A stretch of DNA of 64,000 nucleotides from an uncultured Planctomycetota bacterium (GCA_963737655.1 CAVTTN010000002.1:5952001-6016000); one strand, 5' to 3'. Shown: positions 9,918 to 20,487, numbered from the stretch's first letter. Notes: a model not told the origin generated them from the sequence alone. Made by a program: numbers and translations.

Positions 9918-11731
9918 TCCTCAAGGAGCTGGCCGACCTGGCGAAGCGCGAGGGGCTGGTCGAGGACCCCGACTTCGAGCCCAAGCCCGTACGGTGGATC
10001 GTGCACATCGGCCTGGATGGGCAATTCTTCGGAATGGTCGACACGCGGGTTGAGGTCGACGGCAAGGCCCGGCCCAAGGTCCTCCAGGTGCCCCGCGCTC
10101 CGGTCCGGACGAGCGGATCGGCGGCGAACTTCCTCGTGGACAAGGCCGAATACGCCCTCGGATACGACCCCGACGAGAACCCGAGGAAGGTCCCGAAGCT
10201 GGCGCTCCACCGCTCCCTGTTCGCCGCGTCTGTCGAGACGGCGCTGACTCTGGCCCCCGACGACGCCGGCCTGAAGGCCCTGCTCGCCTTCGTCCGGGAC
10301 GACGCGGCGGTCTCCGGGGCGATCGGGGCCGTCCGGGGAAAGGCCGCCGCGAATGACCTGTTCGCGTTCCGCGCGATGCTCGGCGACGAGTCGGGCATGG
10401 TCCACGACCGCGAAGCCGTACGCTCGGCCTGGAAGGCGATGCGGCACCCGGCCGTCGAGGCGGGCGCCGACCTCCCGGAATGCCTCGTCTGCGGGGGCAG
10501 GGCCCCGGCCGTCGCCCACCCGCAGGTCAAGAGGATCCCCGGGGGCTCGACCTCGGGCATCGCGATCGTGTCGTCGAACGCAAGCGCCTTCGAGTCCTAC
10601 GGCCAGGAGGGGAACGAGGGAGCGCCGATCTGCCGCGAGTGCTCCGACTCCTACGGGACGGCCCTGAGCCGCCTGTTCCACCCGCAGTATACCGCCCCCG
10701 ACGGCCGGACCTTGCCCCGCCGGTCCTTCCGGCTCTCCGACGACACCGGGGTCGTCTACTGGGCCTCAGGAGCGGAGGAGCATCAGTTCGAAAACGAGAT
10801 CGGAGAACTCGATTTCGAGGACGCAGGCAAGGCCGGGGCGTTGTTCGAGGCCGTCCATTCCGGCAAGGGCGTCCTCCTCGGGGATACCACGCCGTTCCAC
10901 GCCCTGATCGTCACCGGGGGGCAGGGCCGGGCGACGCTTCGGAGCTACTTCCAATCGACCGTCGGCGAGGTCGCGGCGCATTTGCGGGAGTATTTCGAGG
11001 ACATCGAGATCGTCCGGCGGTTCCCGAACTCGCCGAGGTGGCCGCCGCTGTCGTGGCTGGTCCGCTCGCTGGCGGCCCAGGGGAAGTTCGAGAACGTGGC
11101 GCCGGCCCTCGCCGGCCGGCTGTTCCTGGCCATCCTCTCGGGCGAGTCGTTCCCCGCCGAGGTCCTCTCGGCGGCGATCGCCCGCATCCGCTCCGAGCCC
11201 GAAAAGCCCGACCAGGGGAAGTACAAGCACACCCGCGAACGGATGGCTCTGATCCGCGCCACGATCAACCGCTGGCTGAAGCCCCACGACCAGCGGGCCC
11301 CCGATCACCGAGTCGCCTCCCTGATCCGAAAGGAGATCCCGCCCGTGCTCGACGAGACCTGCTCCAACAATGCCTATTGCCTGGGCCGTCTGTTCGCCGT
11401 CCTGGAGAAGCTCCAGGGCGAGGCGATCGGCAAGGTCAACGCCTCGATCGCCGACCGCTTCTACGGGGCGGCCTCGGCCACTCCGGCGTCCGTCTTCGGC
11501 ACGCTCCTGCGCAAGGCACAGAGCCATCTCGCGAAGATGTCCGGGCCGTTCTACGTCCAGAAGATCCAGGAGGTGATGAACCTCCTAAGCCCGCCCGAAC
11601 CCTTCCCGACGACCCTCACCCTGGCCGAGCAGGGCCTGTTCGCCCTGGGTTACTACCAGCAACGGGCCGAACTCTGGACCAAGAAGCCCTCCCCGCAAGA
11701 CGACGCGGCCGGGTCCGAGACGAACTCCTGA
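9914..11731 (+). CDS. cas8c: Type I-C Cas8c/Csd1, system A
   Basis: MILKEL start, ANFLVDKAEY, AFESYG, AYCLGRLFAVLEKLQ, EQGLFALGYYQQ; ATGA overlap with cas5. Confidence 0.93.
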   Translation: MILKELADLAKREGLVEDPDFEPKPVRWIVHIGLDGQFFGMVDTRVEVDGKARPKVLQVPRAPVRTSGSAANFLVDKAEYALGYDPDENPRKVPKLALHRSLFAASVETALTLAPDDAGLKALLAFVRDDAAVSGAIGAVRGKAAANDLFAFRAMLGDESGMVHDREAVRSAWKAMRHPAVEAGADLPECLVCGGRAPAVAHPQVKRIPGGSTSGIAIVSSNASAFESYGQEGNEGAPICRECSDSYGTALSRLFHPQYTAPDGRTLPRRSFRLSDDTGVVYWASGAEEHQFENEIGELDFEDAGKAGALFEAVHSGKGVLLGDTTPFHALIVTGGQGRATLRSYFQSTVGEVAAHLREYFEDIEIVRRFPNSPRWPPLSWLVRSLAAQGKFENVAPALAGRLFLAILSGESFPAEVLSAAIARIRSEPEKPDQGKYKHTRERMALIRATINRWLKPHDQRAPDHRVASLIRKEIPPVLDETCSNNAYCLGRLFAVLEKLQGEAIGKVNASIADRFYGAASATPASVFGTLLRKAQSHLAKMSGPFYVQKIQEVMNLLSPPEPFPTTLTLAEQGLFALGYYQQRAELWTKKPSPQDDAAGSETNS

Positions 11732-11794
11732 TTCCCTACCACTCGCTTCCAATCGACTGTCCCCCGAACCCCTGGACTTAGCCGGAGCCTCCCC

Positions 11795-12826
11795 ATGTCC
11801 GAACCGTCTCAGCCCGTCGATCGCCGCCACGAGTTCGTCCTGTTCTTCGACGTCCAGGACGGCAACCCCAACGGCGACCCCGACGCCGGCAACGCCCCCC
11901 GGATCGACCCTGAGACCGGCCAGGGGCTAGTCACCGATGTCTGTTTGAAGCGCAAGGTCCGCAACTTCGTCCAGCTCACCCAGGCCGAGGGCCAGGGGGC
12001 CGAGCGGAGGCCGATCGGCGGTTACGAGATCTACGTGAAGGAGCGGGGCATCCTCGCCGCCGAGCAGAAGAAGGCCTATTCGGCGATCGGCAAGGAACCC
12101 GACAGCCGGACCGCCACCGTGAAGGAGGCCCGCGCCTGGATGTGCAAGACCTTCTTCGACGTCCGGGCCTTCGGCGCCGTGATGAGCACGGGCAAGGCGG
12201 GCGACGAGGACGCCGAGCCTAGGGCCGAGAAGGGGACGAAGGACAAGGACGCGCCCGCCAAGAAGAAGCCGGCCGGTGCGCAGAAGCACTGGAATTGCGG
12301 GCAGGTGCGGGGGCCGATCCAGCTCTCGTTCTCGCGGTCGATCGACCCGATCCTCACCCTGGAGCACGCGATCACGCGAGTGGCCCTGACCAACAAGGAC
12401 GACACCAAGCGGGGCCAGGATCTCACCGGCGAGGGCGAGGAGGCATCCAGCGGGCAGATGGGCCGGAAGTCCACGGTCCCCTACGCCCTGTATCGGGGCC
12501 ATGGCTTCGTCTCCCCCTACCTGGCGCTGGATACTGGCTTCACCCGGGCGGACCTCGACCTGTTCTGGAAGGCCCTGGTCGGCATGTTCGATCACGACCG
12601 CTCCGCCTCCCGGGGGGTGATGGCCGCCCGGACGCTGATCGTCTTCGAGCACGCCTCGGCCCTGGGCAACCACCCGGCTCACCGCCTGTTCGAGCGTGTG
12701 AAGTGCGCTCGCACGCCGGAAGACGACCCGACCCGGGCGAAGCGGCCCGCCCGGAGGTTCGAGGATTACCGGGTCACGGTCGATGAGTCGGCCATCGAGG
12801 GGGTCACGATCCGCTCGCTGATCTGA
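11795..12826 (+). CDS. cas7: Type I-C Cas7/Csd2, system A
   Basis: GNPNGDPDAGNAPRID, TDVCLKRKVRN, FDVRAFGAV, QVRGPIQ, FDHDRSASRG. Confidence 0.96.
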   Translation: MSEPSQPVDRRHEFVLFFDVQDGNPNGDPDAGNAPRIDPETGQGLVTDVCLKRKVRNFVQLTQAEGQGAERRPIGGYEIYVKERGILAAEQKKAYSAIGKEPDSRTATVKEARAWMCKTFFDVRAFGAVMSTGKAGDEDAEPRAEKGTKDKDAPAKKKPAGAQKHWNCGQVRGPIQLSFSRSIDPILTLEHAITRVALTNKDDTKRGQDLTGEGEEASSGQMGRKSTVPYALYRGHGFVSPYLALDTGFTRADLDLFWKALVGMFDHDRSASRGVMAARTLIVFEHASALGNHPAHRLFERVKCARTPEDDPTRAKRPARRFEDYRVTVDESAIEGVTIRSLI

Positions 12827-12902
12827 GGCTCGACCGGGCCCGTCGCGACGAGGGGCGAGGATTGCGGACCTCGCCCCTCGTCCGCAATCGGAGGACGAAA
12901 CG

Positions 12903-13562
12903 ATGGAGATCGACGACTACCTGCCGCTCTCGGCGCTCCAGCACCTGATCTTCTGCGAGAGGCAGTTCGCCCTGATCCACGTCGAGGGGATCTGGGCCGA
13001 GAACGAGCTGACGATCTCCGGCCGCCAGCTCCACGAGCGGGCCGACCTCCCCGGCCAGTCCCTCGGCGCCTCGATCCGCGTCTCCCGGGCCCTGCCGCTC
13101 CGCTGCGATCGCCTCCGACTCTCGGGCAGGGCCGACGTGGTCGAGTTCCACCGCGAGGCCGGCCCCGGAGGCCCCGTCTGGCGCCCCTTCCCCGTCGAGT
13201 ACAAGCGGGGACGACCCAAGAGGGGCGGGGCCGACGAGGTCCAGCTCTGCGCCCAGGCCCTCTGCCTCGAGGAGATGACCGGGCTGGACGTCCCTCGCGG
13301 GGCCCTCTTCTACGGGACCACGAGGCGGAGGAAGCCGGTCGAATTCGATGCCCCCCTCCGGGCCCGGGTCGAGGCCGCCGCCCTCAGGTGCCATGCCCTG
13401 TTCGACGCCCGCTCGACCCCGAGAGCGACGCGGGACCGACGATGCGACCGCTGCTCCCTGCTCGACTTCTGCCTGCCGGGCGTGACGGGCCCGGCAGCCC
13501 CCCCGACGATCGACCCCGCCGACCCCCGACGCTACGCCCTTGTCCCGGAGGCCCCCCCGTGA
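12903..13562 (+). CDS. cas4: Cas4, system A
   Basis: LSALQHLIFCERQ, GRADVVEF, PVEYKRG, VQLCAQALCLEEM, CDRCSLLDFC. Confidence 0.95.
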   Translation: MEIDDYLPLSALQHLIFCERQFALIHVEGIWAENELTISGRQLHERADLPGQSLGASIRVSRALPLRCDRLRLSGRADVVEFHREAGPGGPVWRPFPVEYKRGRPKRGGADEVQLCAQALCLEEMTGLDVPRGALFYGTTRRRKPVEFDAPLRARVEAAALRCHALFDARSTPRATRDRRCDRCSLLDFCLPGVTGPAAPPTIDPADPRRYALVPEAPP

Positions 13563-14593
13563 GCGCCTACCACAACACCCTCTTCGTCACCACCCCCGGC
13601 GCCTACCTCGCCAAGGACCGCGAGAACCTGGCCGTGAGGGTCGAGCACCAGACCCGGCTCGCCGTCCCCTTCCACCACCTCGGCGGGGTCGTCTGCCTCG
13701 GGCCGGTCTCGGCCAGCCCCGAGCTGATGGCCGCCTGCGCCGAGAGGGGCATCGGCCTGTCCTTCCTCGACGGGGACGGCCGGTTCCTCGCGCGGGTGGA
13801 GGGGCCGGCCTCCGGCAACGTCCTGCTCCGCCGTCGCCAGTATCGCCTCGCCGACGACCCGGTCGCCGCGGCGGGGCTGGCCCGGTCCTTCGTCGTCGGC
13901 AAGGTGGCGAACGCCCGGGCCCTGATCGTCCGCTCCGCCCGCGAGCAGAAGGACCCGGCCCGCTCGGCCATCCTGGACTCGGCCGCCACGAGGCTCTCCG
14001 AGCGGCTCGCCGACCTGGGCAGGCCCGGCCAATCGCTCGAGACCGTCCGCGGCCTCGAAGGAGAGGCCGCCGCCACTTACTTCGCCGCCTTCGACGCCAT
14101 GATCCGCGCCGCCGACCCCGCCCTCCGGTTCGCGACCAGGAGCCGCCGCCCCCCGAGGGACCCTGTCAACGCGATGCTGTCGTTCGCCTACGCCCTGGTG
14201 CGTCACGACTGCACCTCGGCCCTCGCCGCCGTGGGCCTCGACCCGGCCGTCGGCTACCTGCACGCCGACCGGCCCGGGCGGCCCTCGCTCGCCCTGGACC
14301 TGATGGAGGAGTTCCGCCACTCCCTGGCCGACCGGCTCGTCCTGGCCATGATCAACCGCGGGCAGGTCTCGCCCTCGGGGTTCGTGAGCGACCCGGCCGG
14401 CGGGGTCGCGATGGACGCCGCGATGCGCAAGGCCGTCATCGTCGCCTACCAGGAACGCAAGCAGTCGTCGCTGACCCACCCCCTGACCGGCGAGGCGACG
14501 AGCTTCGCGATCGTGCCCCACATCCAGGCCCGCCTCCTGGCCCGGACGATCCGGGGCGACCTGGACCCCTATCCGCCGTTCCTCGTCCGTTGA
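13559..14593 (+). CDS. cas1: Type I-C Cas1, system A
   Basis: GTGA overlap with cas4. NTLFVTT, SGNVLLRRRQY, RGLEGEAA..YF, RRPPRDPVNAMLSFAY, LALDLMEEFR. Confidence 0.96.
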   Translation: MSAYHNTLFVTTPGAYLAKDRENLAVRVEHQTRLAVPFHHLGGVVCLGPVSASPELMAACAERGIGLSFLDGDGRFLARVEGPASGNVLLRRRQYRLADDPVAAAGLARSFVVGKVANARALIVRSAREQKDPARSAILDSAATRLSERLADLGRPGQSLETVRGLEGEAAATYFAAFDAMIRAADPALRFATRSRRPPRDPVNAMLSFAYALVRHDCTSALAAVGLDPAVGYLHADRPGRPSLALDLMEEFRHSLADRLVLAMINRGQVSPSGFVSDPAGGVAMDAAMRKAVIVAYQERKQSSLTHPLTGEATSFAIVPHIQARLLARTIRGDLDPYPPFLVR

Positions 14594-14613
14594 ACCTCCG
14601 AGGGGACCCCGCC

Positions 14614-14904
14614 ATGTTCGTCCTGGTCTGCTACGACGTCTCGACCACGACCCCGGCCGGCCGTCGGCGACTGAGGAGGGTGGCTCGCCTCTGCAAAGAC
14701 TTCGGCCAGCGGGTCCAGCAGAGCGTCTTCGAGTGCGACGTCGGCGAGGCGCAATGGGTGACCCTCCGACCGGCCCTCCTCGCGGAGTTCGACCCGAACG
14801 AGGACAGTCTCCGCTTCTACCGCCTCGGGGAGGCCCCCTCGTCCCGGGCCGAGCATCACGGGGTGCGGCCCTCGGTCGATTTTCAGGGTCCGCTGATCGC
14901 CTGA
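14614..14904 (+). CDS. cas2: Cas2, system A
   Basis: MFVLVCYDV...RRLRRVARLCKDFGQRVQQSVFEC...DSLRFY. Confidence 0.95.
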   Translation: MFVLVCYDVSTTTPAGRRRLRRVARLCKDFGQRVQQSVFECDVGEAQWVTLRPALLAEFDPNEDSLRFYRLGEAPSSRAEHHGVRPSVDFQGPLIA

Positions 14905-15164
14905 GCCGTGGCCCCCGCCGCCGAAATCGCGCCAACCCCCATCCCGGACGATGCACTCGGTCCACCCGAGGGCCGGCGGACTCGAACGCGGACCAGAAGC
15001 GATGCTGGAAAGGGGGGAGGATCGCGATTTGAGGGAAGTTCTTGGCTACAAAAGGTTTTGGTCGAGTAGCGCGGTCAGAAACTCGGGAAACTACCCCAAT
15101 GGCTGATTGGCCCGCTTTCCAGGTAACACAAATCCTTAACCCGCAAGAACCTATGCCTACAGGG
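14905..15164 (+). promoter_or_regulatory. CRISPR leader of array A
   Basis: Non-coding, more AT-rich segment between cas2 and the first repeat. Confidence 0.75.
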
Positions 15165-18132
15165 GTTCCCCTCGTCGACGAGGCGAGGGGTGGGTTGAAA
15201 CAACTCGGTGAGTCCGAGGAAGCATAGCCTGACGGGTTCCCCTCGTCGACGAGGCGAGGGGTGGGTTGAAACGATATGCCTTGAAGCCACCCGCCATCCC
15301 CGACAAGTTCCCCTCGTCGACGAGGCGAGGGGTGGGTTGAAACATCGCCAGGGCGACGACCCCCCGCGCCTCCAGGGCGTTCCCCTCGTCGACGAGGCGA
15401 GGGGTGGGTTGAAACGCGTAGGCGTAGAAGTGGGTCGGCTGGCCCCGGGTTCCCCTCGTCGACGAGGCGAGGGGTGGGTTGAAACTGCTCCCGGCCGCCG
15501 GCCACATCTGGCAGATCGAGTTCCCCTCGTCGACGAGGCGAGGGGTGGGTTGAAACCTCGCGTTCGGCTGGGCCCGGGGCAAGGACATCGTTCCCCTCGT
15601 CGACGAGGCGAGGGGTGGGTTGAAACACGCCGGGGGGTGACCCCGAGGCGTCTCCGCTGGTTCCCCTCGTCGACGAGGCGAGGGGTGGGTTGAAACCCGT
15701 CCGCATCCACCGGACGACCGACCGGCATGGTTCCCCTCGTCGACGAGGCGAGGGGTGGGTTGAAACCGCGACTACGCCTACACCGCGTGCCGGTGGAGGG
15801 GTTCCCCTCGTCGACGAGGCGAGGGGTGGGTTGAAACGGTGCCTTGCGCGACGTCCAGCGAGGGCTGTCGCGTTCCCCTCGTCGACGAGGCGAGGGGTGG
15901 GTTGAAACGCGATCCCCCCCCCAACGTCGGCGGCGGCCCCGTGTTCCCCTCGTCGACGAGGCGAGGGGTGGGTTGAAACGACACGATCGCCTCCACGCCC
16001 TCCGCGCCGTACCGTTCCCCTCGTCGACGAGGCGAGGGGTGGGTTGAAACTCCCAGATCTTCGTGGCGAGGCCCTCGAACGGGCAGTTCCCCTCGTCGAC
16101 GAGGCGAGGGGTGGGTTGAAACTCGAACTGGCCCCGGCGGACGAGCTCCTCGTGCAGGTTCCCCTCGTCGACGAGGCGAGGGGTGGGTTGAAACGCCAAT
16201 TTCGTGGAATTGCTGGCCATCTCCTGGCGTTCCCCTCGTCGACGAGGCGAGGGGTGGGTTGAAACGTCGCCGGCTACGGCAACGACGGCACGAGCCTGCC
16301 GTTCCCCTCGTCGACGAGGCGAGGGGTGGGTTGAAACGTTGAGGGCCTCGGCATCGAGCCAGTGGGGCGGCGTTCCCCTCGTCGACGAGGCGAGGGGTGG
16401 GTTGAAACCTTCCAGCAGACCGAGTGTCGATCGACCCCGGCCGGTTCCCCTCGTCGACGAGGCGAGGGGTGGGTTGAAACCGGAACCAGGGCCACGACTC
16501 GGCCGAGGAAGCCCAGGTTCCCCTCGTCGACGAGGCGAGGGGTGGGTTGAAACAGTTGCGGGCCGACGTCGCTGGGGTGCGACCTGGGCGTTCCCCTCGT
16601 CGACGAGGCGAGGGGTGGGTTGAAACCAGTACAAGCAGGAGGTCCTGGACCACGGCACCGGGTTCCCCTCGTCGACGAGGCGAGGGGTGGGTTGAAACAG
16701 GCCGCGGTCAAGAAGCGGCTGAGCGGCGAAAAGTTCCCCTCGTCGACGAGGCGAGGGGTGGGTTGAAACGGTTCAGGGGTTGATAAGGCGGAGGACCTCG
16801 ACCCGTTCCCCTCGTCGACGAGGCGAGGGGTGGGTTGAAACCATGATGAGGCGGAGCCGGCAGCACCGGGAGTGGCGTTCCCCTCGTCGACGAGGCGAGG
16901 GGTGGGTTGAAACATGTCGAGCAGGAAGCCCGTCCTGCCGCCCGAGCTGTTCCCCTCGTCGACGAGGCGAGGGGTGGGTTGAAACCGGCTCTTCGACGAC
17001 ATCATGCGGGACGAGGACATGTTCCCCTCGTCGACGAGGCGAGGGGTGGGTTGAAACCTTGCGCGAGTGCAACGCCGAGATCGACCGCGAGCTGGTTCCC
17101 CTCGTCGACGAGGCGAGGGGTGGGTTGAAACCTCGAGTCGGACCGCCGGGAGGACGCCGGCGCGGGGTTCCCCTCGTCGACTAGGCGAGGGGTGGGTTGA
17201 AACCGGCCACCTGGACCCCTCGACGCGTGCCGAAGCGTTCCCCTCGTCGACGAGGCGAGGGGTGGGTTGAAACTTCGGTGGCCAACCGGAACGCGAGCAA
17301 TTCGTCGTTCCCCTCGTCGACGAGGCGAGGGGTGGGTTGAAACCCGACGGACTGGGGCCGGCGGCTTCGGGCCGGGGCGTTCCCCTCGTCGACGAGGCGA
17401 GGGGTGGGTTGAAACGGGTCCAGGTCCGGCCGGATCGCCTTCAGCTCGGCCGTTCCCCTCGTCGACGAGGCGAGGGGTGGGTTGAAACGGCCCCGACGGC
17501 TATCCCGAGATCGAGGCGTTCGCGTTCCCCTCGTCGACGAGGCGAGGGGTGGGTTGAAACTGGTCGGGCGGTCCCGGGGCCGGCCTCCGCGACGGTTCCC
17601 CTCGTCGACGAGGCGAGGGGTGGGTTGAAACATTACGGCCAGGACGGCGCGTCGGTGGCGATCGGTTCCCCTCGTCGACGAGGCGAGGGGTGGGTTGAAA
17701 CAGGTCGGCCAGGGTCTTCGCGAGGTCGGCGAGCTGGTTCCCCTCGTCGACGAGGCGAGGGGTGGGTTGAAACACCTACGCGACGACGCCGGCCCAGACC
17801 GGCTCGCGGTTCCCCTCGTCGACGAGGCGAGGGGTGGGTTGAAACGGCGACGACGAGGCGACGATCGCCGCGTTGGCGGGGTTCCCCTCGTCGACGAGGC
17901 GAGGGGTGGGTTGAAACTCGGAGGTCGAGGACGTCCAGTGGGACCGCAAGGGGTTCCCCTCGTCGACGAGGCGAGGGGTGGGTTGAAACTCGGCCACCTG
18001 GGCCCGCAACACGTCCACGGGCGGTTCCCCTCGTCGACGAGGCGAGGGGTGGGTTGAAACTATTCGACCGCCGTGAACCGCGCCGGCCTCACCGGGTTCC
18101 CCTCGTCGACGAGGCGAGGGGTGGGTTGAAAC
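15165..18132 (+). CRISPR. Array A: 42 repeats of 37 nt (GTTCCCCTCGTCGACGAGGCGAGGGGTGGGTTGAAAC), 41 spacers of about 33-37 nt, plus a degenerate terminal repeat near 18166-18200
   Basis: Counted by eye. One variant repeat at 17167 (GACTAGG). The repeat has a hairpin and a GAAAC end typical of type I-C. Confidence 0.98.
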
Positions 18133-18425
18133 AAGTCTCCCAACTACCCTAGCCCTCGCCCAGTTCCGTCGCCTCGTCGGCGAGAGTTGAGCTCAAATCG
18201 GAATCGGACCGAGTGGAGACGAATTGCTTCGACGCTCTGGATCGCCTCCTCTGAAAGACCTCGGTCGGAAATCTGTACTCACTTTGTACTCATTTACCGG
18301 TCGGCGTACTGCCCTTCCCCGCACTTTCTCGCGTTCCGACGCACCGCTTTGCAAACGGCCCCGATCGCTGTATGATACTTCGCAGGAAGGCATTCCGGCG
18401 ATTTTCGGGGCGGGTGACGACCCGT

Positions 18426-18467
18426 TTCCCAAGCTGGACGTCAGGGGTTCGAATCCCCTCGCCCGCT
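18426..18467 (+). mobile_element. 3' fragment of tRNA-Gly(CCC); candidate att site at an island boundary
   Basis: TTCCCAA anticodon loop, GCTGG, T-arm AGGGG-TTCGAAT-CCCCT and acceptor 3' strand CGCCCGC-T. No D-arm or 5' anticodon stem upstream. Confidence 0.8.
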
Positions 18468-18763
18468 CTTGACTTAGGACAACAGGGCCGGTCTGGTTGC
18501 ACCCTGGGTTGCACCGGGGCTACGCGGCATCACGGGGTTACACGACCCCTGAGCGGTGCCAGCTCCAACCATGATGGGCAGCGAGAGGCAGGGGCACCGA
18601 CCCGCCGGGCGATCGGCTGGAGTCGAGTCGGTTGGAGCGGGTGCCGTGATCCTCCTGAGCCTATACCGGGCCACGGGCCAGGCTCGCCCCTTCGAAGATC
18701 GCATGACCGTGAGCTTAGGCCGAGAGACCTGCTGGCGGTCGCGCTGCTCAGGTGCGTTGAGAG

Positions 18764-18870
18764 GTTTCAATCAGCTCCCGACTCAGAGGCCGGGAGAGGC
18801 GTGAAGTCCGCTCGCATGGTCGCTCCCCTCCGCGTTTCAATCAGCTCCCGACTCAGAGGCCGGGAGAGGC
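18764..18870 (-). CRISPR. Array B mini-array: two identical 37-nt repeats (GCCTCTCCCGGCCTCTGAGTCGGGAGCTGATTGAAAC on the - strand) and one 33-nt spacer
   Basis: Repeats at 18764-18800 and 18834-18870, spacer 18801-18833. Possible eroded third repeat ending near 18729. Lies downstream of cas2 B with a leader-sized gap. Confidence 0.9.
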
Positions 18871-19118
18871 GGCCCTTCCCCAAGTGGCTCGGGCGCAGGG
18901 ATTTGCGAACAAGCCTTCGCGGACCTCGTCGGGATGCGGCCGAGGCCCGGTCGGTTATGGGGAGAGGGACTGCGTAAGGGTTCATGGGTCATGGATTTCG
19001 GACGATCGCGGACCCCCCGGCCCGACGCCGGAACGGGGGGTCCGCGATCCGTTCGACTCTACGTGGAAGCCTTCCGACTTGTCAAAGAGCGCGGGCCGAC
19101 CGGGGCTTCGGCCTCATC

Positions 19119-19409
19119 TCAGAGGATCAGGGGGCCGTCCAGGTCGAGCGGGGCGTTGACCCCGTGGTGCTCGATTTTCCTTCGGACGGCCTCGTCCAAA
19201 GGATAGATCCTCAGGCTGTCCTCGGCCGGGTCGATCTCACCCAGCAACGCCTCCCTGAGGAGGACCCATTGCTCCGGGCCGACCAGGCACTCGAAGACCG
19301 ACTGCTGGACGCGCTGGCCGTAGTTCTTGCAGGCCGTGGCCACGCGGCGGAGGCGTCGGCGGCCGGCCGGGGTGGTCGTGGCCACGTCGTAGGTCACGAG
19401 GATCAGCAT
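19119..19409 (-). CDS. cas2: Cas2, system B
   Basis: MLILVTYDV...RRLRRVATACKNYGQRVQQSVFEC. Confidence 0.95.
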   Translation of the reverse strand: MLILVTYDVATTTPAGRRRLRRVATACKNYGQRVQQSVFECLVGPEQWVLLREALLGEIDPAEDSLRIYPLDEAVRRKIEHHGVNAPLDLDGPLIL

Positions 19410-19422
19410 GGTCGGGCGGGCC

Positions 19423-20454
19423 TCAGCGGACGATGCATGGCGGGTAGGCCCCGGAATCGCCCCGGATGTGGCGGGCCAGGAGCTTCGCCTGGAGGAACGG
19501 GAGCTGCCCGATTCGCACCGGGGCGTCGAGCAGGGGGTGCTTCAGCTCGTCCCTCTTCCGCGCCACGTACGCCTGGACGAGGGTCTTGCGGGCCTCGGCG
19601 TTCATCTCGACGCCCCCTCCGTCCCGGCGGGCGAACTGCGAGGGCGCGACCTGCCGGCGGTTGATCAGGGCGAGGACCAGGCGGTCGGCGACGAGGGTGC
19701 GGAACTCCTCGACCAGGTCCAGGGCGAGCGAGGGGCGGCCGGGGCGGTCGGCGTGGAGGAAGCCGACGCTCGGGTCCAGGCCCGCGGCCGACAGGGCGGC
19801 GACGCAGTCGTGGACCATCAGGGCATAGGTGAACGAGAGCATCGCGTTGACCGGGTCGAGGGGCGGGCGTCGCGAGCGGCCGTCCATCGCCAGGTCCCGG
19901 CGGCCGTGGCGGATCATCCGCGGGAAGGCGGCGAAGTAGCAGCGGGCGGAGTCCCCTTCGCGGCCCCGGACCTCGTCGAGGGTCGCGGCGTCGGGGAGGC
20001 CCTCGATGCTCTCGGCCATCCGGCCGGCGGCGAAGTTCAGGGCGGCGACGTCGTCGGCCGAGTCGGACTCCCGGGCGGCCCGGAGCAGGGCGTTGCGGGC
20101 GTTGTGGACCTTGCCGGCGACGAACGAGCGGGCCAGGGGCAGGCAGGACTCGGGGCGGTCGGCGATCCGGAACTGCTGGCGGCGGAGCAGGACGTTGCCC
20201 GAGCCCGGGGCGTCCACCCGGCCGATCAGCCGGCCCGATTCGGACAGGAAGGTCACCGCCACGCCCGCCTCCAGGCAGAGCTCGATCAGCCCGGGGCTGA
20301 CCATCACCTGGCCGAAGGCGGCGATGGCGTCGAGGTTGTGGATCGGCAGGGCGAGCCTCTTCTGCTTCTCGACCTCGACGACGACCGTCCGGTGGTCGCG
20401 CCTCAGGTACGACCCCTGGGTGAAGACGTAGAGGGTGTTGAGCTGGATGTCCAC
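19423..20454 (-). CDS. cas1: Type I-C Cas1, system B
   Basis: LNTLYVFTQG, SGNVLLRRQQF, RGREG, RRPPLDPVNAMLSFTY, LALDLVEEFR. Confidence 0.96.
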   Translation of the reverse strand: MDIQLNTLYVFTQGSYLRRDHRTVVVEVEKQKRLALPIHNLDAIAAFGQVMVSPGLIELCLEAGVAVTFLSESGRLIGRVDAPGSGNVLLRRQQFRIADRPESCLPLARSFVAGKVHNARNALLRAARESDSADDVAALNFAAGRMAESIEGLPDAATLDEVRGREGDSARCYFAAFPRMIRHGRRDLAMDGRSRRPPLDPVNAMLSFTYALMVHDCVAALSAAGLDPSVGFLHADRPGRPSLALDLVEEFRTLVADRLVLALINRRQVAPSQFARRDGGGVEMNAEARKTLVQAYVARKRDELKHPLLDAPVRIGQLPFLQAKLLARHIRGDSGAYPPCIVR

Positions 20455-20487
20455 GGAGGGCGCCTCCCGGGTCGCCGACGGGGGGTT

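Noticed and set aside
17167..17203. Single variant repeat (GACTAGG) in array A
   Set aside because: One substitution in one repeat; ordinary drift or a sequencing error.
17702..17736. Spacer partly resembling the start of cas8c A (gagctggccgacctggcgaag) on the opposite strand
   Set aside because: Similarity is limited to the PAM-distal part with no seed match, which is expected by chance in GC-rich coding DNA.
15042..18152. Many ORFs with repeating peptide motifs across the array
   Set aside because: They are translations of CRISPR repeats, not genes.
18410..18467. Possible complete tRNA-Gly, since GCGGGTG upstream could pair with CGCCCGC
   Set aside because: No D-arm and no 5' strand for the anticodon stem; too short. 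Treated as an att fragment.
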